Source: a virus
Virus record (IMG/VR): IMGVR_UViG_3300042868_005339
Strand: one strand, 5' to 3'
DNA: 64,000 bases
Every line of letters starts with the position of its first letter. Position 1 is the first letter of the stretch. A program made the position numbers and the translations under genes. The notes beneath the pieces are model-generated. The model was not told the DNA's origin and searched no databases. It was given only the letters and a program-made list of their open reading frames with translations. This document shows positions 9,385 to 17,053 of the stretch, one piece after another.

Positions 9385-9675
9385 TCATGGCTTTTTCATG
9401 GAGTCTTTAATCTCGGTGACCGCCTCCCTGATGTATTGCAAGTCGCGAGACTGCACGGCGGATTCTTTTTGGATCGCGTTAATGATTGAGCTATGCGCTC
9501 TGAGTTCTCCACGCATTTCAAAACGATCTGAGCTAAGACTAGCGATTCTTCCCTCTTGAGTTGCAACCCAGCCACCTACAGTGGCTGCTCCAGCTAGCAG
9601 GCTAACGACACCGCCGATCAACCACCGGATGGTTTTGCGCAGTTCGTCGATGGCTAAGGATTCGTCGTTGCTCAT
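9385..9675 (-). CDS. Single-TM membrane protein with helical ectodomain (holin or i-spanin-like)
   Basis: The TM segment is WLIGGVVSLLAGAATVGGWVA, followed by a charged helical tail. It lies immediately upstream of the amidase. Confidence 0.5.
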   Translation of the reverse strand: MSNDESLAIDELRKTIRWLIGGVVSLLAGAATVGGWVATQEGRIASLSSDRFEMRGELRAHSSIINAIQKESAVQSRDLQYIREAVTEIKDSMKKP

Positions 9676-9694
9676 GGTTTATTGATCAATTTTG

Positions 9695-10078
9695 TTAAGA
9701 TTGAGAAGCTAATGCTGATGCAAAAATAGCGTCGATTTGCTCTGGCGTTTGACCAATCACTGTAGCAAGCGCAATAACAAAAGGATGGTCGCGCTGGACA
9801 GTAGTGCTCTGCGCTGTGTTCCACCAGATTTCTCCTTCGATAGTGGCAAGCGCGGCGGTTTTGACTTGCTCGTAGAGTCCGGCTTGCAGGAGAGCGAATG
9901 CTAAAGAGCGAAAGCTAACTACTACTGGATCGGCTGGCTTTGAATACCACGCTTTCTGCAATTCAACCAAGGTTGATTTTTCTCCAGGGCCGTGCCAAAT
10001 GAGCGTGTCGTAGTCGTTGCCTGACAGGCTCCATTCGGCCAAGGGGTGAGCGTAGGAAATTGCTAGGCTAAGGTCCAT
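9695..10078 (-). CDS. Hypothetical protein (XkdW-like N-terminus?)
   Basis: HPLAEWSLSGNDYDTLIWHGPGEKSTLVELQKAW resembles the XkdW pattern. It lies downstream of the tail fibre gene. Confidence 0.4.
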   Translation of the reverse strand: MDLSLAISYAHPLAEWSLSGNDYDTLIWHGPGEKSTLVELQKAWYSKPADPVVVSFRSLAFALLQAGLYEQVKTAALATIEGEIWWNTAQSTTVQRDHPFVIALATVIGQTPEQIDAIFASALASQS

Positions 10079-10081
10079 GTT

Positions 10082-12604
10082 TTAGAAGGATTGGAGGAAT
10101 AGAGTTGAGGCGGTACGTGAGAACAAAGCAGTATCTGTATCAAGAACACTGCGATTTAGAAAAACACTTCCAGTTCCTTGCCTATACCACTGCACTTTGT
10201 AAGTTCTAGGAGATATAGTTCCAGGTGTATAGACCACTTCAAAAGTCACTGGAACCACAGAACCAGTGCTGTTAAGGAAGGTGAAGGCATGTGCTTGCAA
10301 ACGAACGCCTGCTGCGTCACCTTGAAGCAAGGTTCCGTCTTCATTAACTAATCTGTAGATTATAGTTGCTGTTGATGGATTGCCAGCCAATAAACATGCT
10401 CTGACTAATATTTTTTGAGTGATGCTAGTAGCTGTAAAGCTAAGGCTTAAACCGCTAATATCCGTCCATGCAGCAGCATTAAGTGTTTCAGTGTTTGTTT
10501 TTGCGATAAATAATGGAACCCCAGGAAGGCCGGTGCAGTTAATTAGGTTGCCGCTTACTGGAGTTCCAAGCGCAGGTGAAATAAGCGTTGGGCCTTGAGC
10601 GAAAACCAATGATCCACTGCCAGTTTCATCTGACATAACTCCCCTCAGTTGAGTGCTTGTTGTAGGAGCAAACTGAGAAAGTGGCTGTGATGTCAGCGCA
10701 TCGCCAATTCCGGCACTACTCCATTCAAGGTTTAGATCTGATCCAGAAACAGCATTAATTGAAAGCACCTGACCAGCCGTTCCAGTTTCAGGAGGTAAAA
10801 CTAGAGCATAGCTATCTTGAGTTGATCCGCTTGGCCTAATGCTAATATCGTAAGATACGGGTGGATCTGCGCCTGTTTCACCTGCAAATCTTAATGATGT
10901 TTCAGGGTATGTTGTAATAGAAACAGATGATGTTCCTACCTCTGCTCTAACGAGAGCATCCTGTCCACTGCCAGACGTGCAAAAAAGTTGTGTCGCGGCG
11001 ATGGTGCCATTATCATTTGCGGTAACAATGCTATTTTGAATCAGCTTCCCGGTTGTGCTATCAAATCGAACCAGTGCATTATCGGTGGAGCTAGCAGGAC
11101 CAAAAACATCGCCAAGGATATAATTTGGTCGAATGAAGTAAGTCCCGTTTGATGCGTGAGCATGGACTACTGCCAACACTTGAACGATTGGATTTGGCGC
11201 AGAAGGCTGCGTTTTAGTTAGCGATCCAGTCGTTGTTCCAGCGTAGATGATTTCGCCATCAACCCATGTTTGACCGTAGTTTGCACCATTGGTCTGAATG
11301 CCTCGCAGTTTGCCAAACGCAATGACGAATCCTTCGCTTCCAGTTGTTAGCGATTCACCCGTAAGACCCATGAAAAACGTAGCAGGGCCAGTGCCGTTCC
11401 ACGGTTGGATGAGTAGCTTTCCGCTGTTGCCAGTGGTGCCAGCGAACATCACAGGAACACCTTTAGCAATCGTGCTGCCAGTGCTATTTTGGACGTGATA
11501 AACGATATGTTCTCCAACGTGTAAAGCGAAACCGTTCAACTGGATGTCCAGTGTTTCTTCGTCAGCGTTCCACATCATCTGCCCTTGTGCGGCGAGACTG
11601 CCTGTTGGCGTGGTGTCCATCGTCATCGAATTGATGGCAGCAAGATCGCCAACATCCGATTGCGTGACTTGACCGTTCTGGATCAACTTACCTGTTGTGC
11701 CATCGTAACGCACTAGGGCGTTATCAGTCGCGGAAGCAGGTCCAACCACATCACCTGAGCCACTGGCTGTCGAGTTAATCGTGATCGAATCCGTTGAGGA
11801 ATTCGTAGTGATGGTAATATTGCTACCAGCGACAAGCGTGAGTGTATCACTGGTGGAATCTGCCACAACATCGCTTTGACCTGCAACAGCAAAAGTCCCG
11901 AAAAGATTCTGATCGCCTGTATTTGTGCCAGCCAGATTAAGCGTGGTCTTCATTGTGGTTGCATCAACTCCAAGCTGAATGCTTCCAGATGTTGTCACGG
12001 GCGATCCTGAATCAACCTGGATGCCATCTGTGCCGGTGATGCCAACACTAGTAACAGTTCCAGTTCCTGCTGAACCATTTGCAGCAGAAGTGATGCGACC
12101 CTTGCTGTCCACCGTGATATTAGCCAGCGTGTATGCCCCTGGAGTTACAGCCGTAGATGCTAACGTGGCAGCAGCAGAACCAGGGCCAGAAGCGGTGACA
12201 TCTCCCGTGAGTGCTGTGATGTAGTTTCCAGCATCCTGCTTTGAATCAAAATCCTGCCAGTCTGCGGATGTCAATGCGCCAGTGGTCGAAGCGGAAGAAG
12301 TTCCAAGGCTCAATGCTTGACCTGCAATAGATAGACCATTTGCAGTTCCAATCGTTACGTTGCCTGTATTCGTGCCAGAGAGTGTTCCGGTAGCTCCATC
12401 AGCAATCGTGATTCCTGAGTTCTGGATGATCTTGCCACTCGTTCCATCAAAACGAACAATCTGGTTATCCACCGAAGAGCTTGAGCTAGTCACATCTCCA
12501 GTTCCACTGACAGGATTGGCGACATTGATTATAATGCCACCATCGCTCAGAACCTCAATCGTTGGTCCAAGGGTGGAATTGACGGAGATATTTGTCTGGC
12601 TCAT
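10082..12604 (-). CDS. Tail fibre protein
   Basis: 840 aa, rich in Gly/Ser/Thr. The motif DN(A/Q)(L/I)VR(F/Y)D(G/S)T(T/S)GK(L/I)IQN occurs three times, at aa 45-63, 293-311 and 507-525. Confidence 0.75.
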   Translation of the reverse strand: MSQTNISVNSTLGPTIEVLSDGGIIINVANPVSGTGDVTSSSSSVDNQIVRFDGTSGKIIQNSGITIADGATGTLSGTNTGNVTIGTANGLSIAGQALSLGTSSASTTGALTSADWQDFDSKQDAGNYITALTGDVTASGPGSAAATLASTAVTPGAYTLANITVDSKGRITSAANGSAGTGTVTSVGITGTDGIQVDSGSPVTTSGSIQLGVDATTMKTTLNLAGTNTGDQNLFGTFAVAGQSDVVADSTSDTLTLVAGSNITITTNSSTDSITINSTASGSGDVVGPASATDNALVRYDGTTGKLIQNGQVTQSDVGDLAAINSMTMDTTPTGSLAAQGQMMWNADEETLDIQLNGFALHVGEHIVYHVQNSTGSTIAKGVPVMFAGTTGNSGKLLIQPWNGTGPATFFMGLTGESLTTGSEGFVIAFGKLRGIQTNGANYGQTWVDGEIIYAGTTTGSLTKTQPSAPNPIVQVLAVVHAHASNGTYFIRPNYILGDVFGPASSTDNALVRFDSTTGKLIQNSIVTANDNGTIAATQLFCTSGSGQDALVRAEVGTSSVSITTYPETSLRFAGETGADPPVSYDISIRPSGSTQDSYALVLPPETGTAGQVLSINAVSGSDLNLEWSSAGIGDALTSQPLSQFAPTTSTQLRGVMSDETGSGSLVFAQGPTLISPALGTPVSGNLINCTGLPGVPLFIAKTNTETLNAAAWTDISGLSLSFTATSITQKILVRACLLAGNPSTATIIYRLVNEDGTLLQGDAAGVRLQAHAFTFLNSTGSVVPVTFEVVYTPGTISPRTYKVQWYRQGTGSVFLNRSVLDTDTALFSRTASTLFLQSF

Positions 12605-12972
12605 CAGGTTGTAGTCGTGTAGTTGGAGAGCACTTCTCCGATTCCTTCAATCAATGTTTCGACATAAGCAGGGCTGCTGGTGTCGGTGGTTTCAATCTGC
12701 CAGACATATTGACCAATGGGCAATTCGTAGCGACCTGGATTGATAGTGAACACCCAATTGGACGCATCGGTAATGGTGATGTCGGAATTTCCGCTGGATA
12801 GTTCAAGCGTCGGCATCACGCTCTTTGGATTGAGCTTGAACGCCATCTTAACTGAGGCCAGATTTCCAGGCGCAACACGATTTGACACGGTGATGGACGG
12901 AAATCCATTCCATGTGTCTCCGGCAACGAAGACAACCATTGCGTTTACTTCATCAGAAAATGCTGGCCTCAT
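12604..12972 (-). CDS. Hypothetical virion protein
   Basis: 122-aa beta-rich ORF whose stop overlaps the tail fibre start. Confidence 0.5.
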   Translation of the reverse strand: MRPAFSDEVNAMVVFVAGDTWNGFPSITVSNRVAPGNLASVKMAFKLNPKSVMPTLELSSGNSDITITDASNWVFTINPGRYELPIGQYVWQIETTDTSSPAYVETLIEGIGEVLSNYTTTT

Positions 12973-12984
12973 AAGATGGGATGA

Positions 12985-13257
12985 TTATTTGAAGACGCCC
13001 ATTTTCTTAGCGCGATCCATCATGTCTTCTTCTTCAGACATTTCTTTCTCAGGCATCGTCACTTCGACCTCCACCCCTTCATCCTCCATCTCCATTTCGT
13101 CATCTTCCATGACTGGGATTTCGGTGCCATCAATGGCAGTCAATGTGATATTGCCGTCTTCATCGGCGAGGAATGTTCCAACAGCTTGAAACGGCTGTCC
13201 AGGTGTTGCGTCTTCTGGCATTTGCCAGCCTTCAGGTGATGTAAAAGAGAGAGTCAT
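12985..13257 (-). CDS. Highly acidic small protein
   Basis: EDDEMEMEDEGVEVEVTMPEKEMSEEEDMMD. The start is placed at the second ATG because the first (13296) lies inside the capsid terminator tail. Confidence 0.45.
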   Translation of the reverse strand: MTLSFTSPEGWQMPEDATPGQPFQAVGTFLADEDGNITLTAIDGTEIPVMEDDEMEMEDEGVEVEVTMPEKEMSEEEDMMDRAKKMGVFK

Positions 13258-13292
13258 AAGCAATGAGCTATTAGCAGAGTTTTGGTGTGTAT

Positions 13293-13332
13293 GCAAGAAA
13301 GGCGGGGCTAGTTTTTTAGACTAACCCCGCCT
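13293..13332 (-). terminator. Intrinsic terminator after the capsid gene
   Basis: On the minus strand, AGGCGGGG(TTAG)-loop-(CTAG)CCCCGCCT is followed by TTCTTGC. It starts 18 nt after the capsid stop. Confidence 0.6.
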
Positions 13333-13349
13333 CAAGTGGTTCTACTCGA

Positions 13350-14528
13350 TTAAGAGCAGGCGGTGTTCACAACCCAGTTTGTTGGGCAGCGACGGAAGCG
13401 GAGGATTGCGCCGTATTCAGGAATCACTGGCTGAGCACCGTAGGCGAACTTGCCACGGAAGAAGCCAATGTTTTCGTCCACGTTGCAAGTGCGGTCATAC
13501 TTGTTGATCCAGTTGAATCGGCCAAGGTAGTCCTGAGGAGCGAATTTCATTTCCCCAGCGGAAAGCTGAGAATCAGGAATCGCAAACTTCACAACCTGCT
13601 TGGTAGCGATGATCGCATCTTCGTATTGAGCCGTGAAGTAGGCTGGATTGACGTTCGCAGGATCACCCTTGTTGGTAGCAGGGAGCATGAAGGGAACGCG
13701 CACCCAAGCACCACCGACCAGATTCCAGCGAGCAGCAGCGATGTCGATGGTCATCTTGAAGCCGTTGAGGCTGTCAAAGGAACCAGGGGCATTGTTGAGC
13801 GCACGGACCTTTTCGGAGTCCCAACGGATGTTCTGGATGGTAACACCATCGGTAGCGAGCGTCTGCTGAGCTTCATCGGAGAGGACGAGTGGCAGAAGAG
13901 GCTGACCCATCTTGTTGACGGAGAGGCCGTTCTGAATGTCTGCTCCATTGCGGATGAGGCTGTAGCGGATGTAATCAAGCATCTCACGCTTCAGGGTGCC
14001 AATCGTTCCAGTGGCGAACGAAGCGGAGTTGACCGTAAGGCCAGCATCAGCGACGTACTTGTTGGAGCAGATAGACGTGAACTGATCGCGGCGTTGATTT
14101 TCCCACAGGTAGCGGGAGTATCCACGAAGGTTACGGATGAAGGCAGCAGCCTGCTGAACGATGTTGTAGCTCATGCGAGCATCTTCAATACAGAAGGGAG
14201 GGCTTTCGACAGCCGCAATCTTGAGTTCCATCGAGCGGCGAGTCTGCGAAGGATAGATTGTGGACACAGGAGGCTGGCAAGAACCGCCTTCGTCACCGCT
14301 ACCGCCGTCATTGAAGCCGTAGGTGGTGAACGCGACATCGGAACCGTACGGCATCGCACGCTCAAAGGTCAGGAAGTTCGGGGTATCGCCCATACCATTG
14401 GGCCAGCGGGAACGCGGAACGATAGAGTCGTTCTGCCAAGGATTGCTGATGAATTGCTTCTCGGAAGGATCATCGACGATTCGATTACTTTCAGACTCCA
14501 AGAATTGATTAATATCGGTACAGGCCAT
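13350..14528 (-). CDS. Putative major capsid protein
   Basis: 392 aa, high-GC codon usage, downstream of portal and scaffold, followed by a strong terminator. The call is positional only. Confidence 0.55.
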   Translation of the reverse strand: MACTDINQFLESESNRIVDDPSEKQFISNPWQNDSIVPRSRWPNGMGDTPNFLTFERAMPYGSDVAFTTYGFNDGGSGDEGGSCQPPVSTIYPSQTRRSMELKIAAVESPPFCIEDARMSYNIVQQAAAFIRNLRGYSRYLWENQRRDQFTSICSNKYVADAGLTVNSASFATGTIGTLKREMLDYIRYSLIRNGADIQNGLSVNKMGQPLLPLVLSDEAQQTLATDGVTIQNIRWDSEKVRALNNAPGSFDSLNGFKMTIDIAAARWNLVGGAWVRVPFMLPATNKGDPANVNPAYFTAQYEDAIIATKQVVKFAIPDSQLSAGEMKFAPQDYLGRFNWINKYDRTCNVDENIGFFRGKFAYGAQPVIPEYGAILRFRRCPTNWVVNTACS

Positions 14529-15021
14529 AATCTTAAGTGAGTTTAGTTGTTTTGCCTATTAGGCGGGTGTTGGAACGGGTTGTTTGTTTGAACAAGAGGA
14601 TGCCATTGGCTGAATGCCATGACGCTTGTTCTACTTCCATTCTTGAGCCTGGAATGCCCCATTGTTGGGTTTGCCCCGTGTAGGGCGCTCAGTCACCATT
14701 TCACCTAGAGAGCCTCCTAGGAGCGTTGATACACGCTTTTTAGCTCATGGCGATGATGTCACCATAAGCTCAACAGTCAAGATTATTTTACTGAAATTAT
14801 GCGGAGTAAGGCATTTTATCCCTTTTCTCTCTATTTTCCCACCACCACATAGGTCGAAGATTCTTGACGAATCCAAATCCATCTGCGATGTTTTCTCACG
14901 CACAAGGTTTTGTTTTCATGTGTCCCTTAGTGCCAGACGCCGTGGCGAGTTGGTTGCTCCCACGGCGTTGCTCTTTCCGCTTGCAATCTTATACCAATCT
15001 AGTTAGTGTTGATGACCGAAT

Positions 15022-15222
15022 ATGACAACTTTGCAATTCATGTCAGAAAGTCCATTTTTGACCTTCTTTCTTTGCTACATAGTAATCGAAGCAATTTTCA
15101 AGATTTGGAATCGCTTCATGAGACATCTTAATATCATGAGGCAAGGCTGGCCTCCTCCCCATTGCGATGCCGATGGAGACTTTAAGTATAATTCAAATAC
15201 TGATAACAAAGACAAGGAATAA
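15022..15222 (+). CDS. Small membrane protein
   Basis: The TM segment is FLTFFLCYIVIEAIF. It runs opposite to the surrounding virion operon. Confidence 0.4.
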   Translation: MTTLQFMSESPFLTFFLCYIVIEAIFKIWNRFMRHLNIMRQGWPPPHCDADGDFKYNSNTDNKDKE

Positions 15223-15230
15223 AATATCTC

Positions 15231-15530
15231 ATGACAACCCCATCTATCTACATCCGCATTGACCAACTGCCAGTCGGCTCAAACTCTCGCTTCGAGGCTC
15301 AAGTTGCCATTGGCGACGACGAAAAAGGCCAAGCAGCAGGTTTCAAATCGCCTGTATTCGAGTCAGAAGACGAGCATGAGCCATTCGTTGGCATGATGCA
15401 GCGAATCACGCAGGCGCTTCTTCAGGTGCGCGACTTCAAAAAGAAGGCAACTGTTGAAGACCTTCATATTCTCAACAAGCAAAGTCAGGAGGTTAAACCT
15501 GACGATGCCCCGTTGATTATTATGCCGTAA
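15231..15530 (+). CDS. Hypothetical acidic protein
   Basis: 99-aa ORF convergent with the scaffold gene, whose stop is 4 nt away. Confidence 0.45.
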   Translation: MTTPSIYIRIDQLPVGSNSRFEAQVAIGDDEKGQAAGFKSPVFESEDEHEPFVGMMQRITQALLQVRDFKKKATVEDLHILNKQSQEVKPDDAPLIIMP

Positions 15531-15533
15531 GCA

Positions 15534-16694
15534 TCACCCTTGCCGCTGGTGCGCCTGGAATCGAGCCATAATCGAATCTACGTCGTAGCCAGTAGGCAGG
15601 TTATCGCTCGTGCTCACAGGCGTAGAAGTGCTAGAAGGACGAGGTGAAGCTGCAATGCGCGACTTCAAAGAAGTCTCAAGCTCAGAAATCTTAGCATTCC
15701 GTTCGTCAAGCTGACGAAGCAAATGTGGAAGAATCACGCTTGCACGCGCTGCTACAGCCATGCTAGCAGGGTCTTTTCTGATCTCAGCCTTTGAGACTGC
15801 CTCCATGAGATCTTTGTTATCTTTGAGGAAAGGAATCTTCTCTTGGAGCAGCTTATTTGCAGCTTCGGTAGCAGACGAGAATTGCTTGTCTTCATCTTCT
15901 TTGGCTCTGCGAGCTTTCTCTTGCTCCATGAATGAAAGCTCTTGCTTAGCCCTGTCGGCATTCCCAAGCATATCGGATGACTTCCTGAGAAGCGACTGAG
16001 TATTGCGGGCATGCTCCATGAGTTCAGCGGCATCTGTTGGGTGCCAGCCCTCAGTCACTTCGCGCAGCTTTTTACGCTGCTCAATAGGATCACTAATTTC
16101 CAAAACGCCTTGAAGCGTCTTTGCATCAACATCATTAGCTCCTGCCAGCACTTCAATTGCCTGACCAATAGCGGCAGCAGGTTCGAGGATGGACTCATAG
16201 TAGGCGGTGGAGTTCTGGACATCGTGGATAGAGCGGAACTGCTCATGCTCACCAAGTTTCGACTCCATCTCTGAAATGCGCCTCTCGTACGCGGAAATAT
16301 CCTTGCCTTCAAACTCGGCAATCTTCTTCCGCATCTCTTCGATTTCGAGCATCTTTTCCTGAACGGTCTTGTCCTTTTCAGGGAGCGTGTTCTTCAAGCT
16401 GTCGCGCTCTTCTCGAAGCTGCTTCAACTCAGCCTTCATGTCCTTCCATGTGGAAATGGCTTCTGGAGTAGCCTTCGATCCTTTTGGAAGATCGTTCTCA
16501 GTGACTTCTTCGATTTTCTCACCAGGCTCATCGCGCTTCACATCTTCCTTGGCTGGTTCTGGATCAGTGGGTGCAACTTTATCCTCCACCTTGGCTTCAT
16601 TCTCTGTCGGAAGGAACGATTGGGCGCGATCCCACATCGCTTGAGCTTCTGCTGTTGCGTCGTATTCTGGTGGCTGTGTGTTTTCGGTGTCCAT
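15534..16694 (-). CDS. Putative scaffolding protein
   Basis: 386 aa, extremely Glu/Lys/Ala-rich coiled coil, between the portal and capsid genes. Confidence 0.55.
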   Translation of the reverse strand: MDTENTQPPEYDATAEAQAMWDRAQSFLPTENEAKVEDKVAPTDPEPAKEDVKRDEPGEKIEEVTENDLPKGSKATPEAISTWKDMKAELKQLREERDSLKNTLPEKDKTVQEKMLEIEEMRKKIAEFEGKDISAYERRISEMESKLGEHEQFRSIHDVQNSTAYYESILEPAAAIGQAIEVLAGANDVDAKTLQGVLEISDPIEQRKKLREVTEGWHPTDAAELMEHARNTQSLLRKSSDMLGNADRAKQELSFMEQEKARRAKEDEDKQFSSATEAANKLLQEKIPFLKDNKDLMEAVSKAEIRKDPASMAVAARASVILPHLLRQLDERNAKISELETSLKSRIAASPRPSSTSTPVSTSDNLPTGYDVDSIMARFQAHQRQG

Positions 16695-16699
16695 ATATT

Positions 16700-17053
16700 T
16701 TACTGATGAGTCTGTTCGAGATATTTTTCGTCAATGTGGCTGTACGCTTCAAGAGTGAATGCGTCCATGTGTTGGTTGTCAGCTTGAGGTCTAAATGCCA
16801 ATGCTTTCAACAATCGCAACGTGCGACGAATGCCAGCCTGTCCGGCGTGGATCATAGAGATAACCATAGGAGCTTCAGCTTTGTAATCGCGTACAAGGCC
16901 AGTCAAAATCGAGTCGTTTGGCTCGGTCTTCTCCTCAATAATGGCAAGCGCCTCAACCATCACAGGGTCTTTGAGAAGCGTAGCAAGACGCCCAGGACCA
17001 TCTCCATCTCTGAATTTTTCAAGTCGCGTTTTTTGTGTATTTGCTGGTATCAT
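16700..17053 (-). CDS. Hypothetical protein
   Basis: 117-aa ORF overlapping the portal stop by 4 nt. Confidence 0.55.
   Translation of the reverse strand: MIPANTQKTRLEKFRDGDGPGRLATLLKDPVMVEALAIIEEKTEPNDSILTGLVRDYKAEAPMVISMIHAGQAGIRRTLRLLKALAFRPQADNQHMDAFTLEAYSHIDEKYLEQTHQ

Noticed and set aside
13626-14540. 304-aa plus-strand ORF (and several 60-80-aa ORFs) antisense to the capsid gene
   Set aside because: It lies entirely within the capsid ORF on the other strand. The composition is Arg/Gly/Val-rich and antisense-like. The high GC of the capsid gene suppresses stop codons in other frames.
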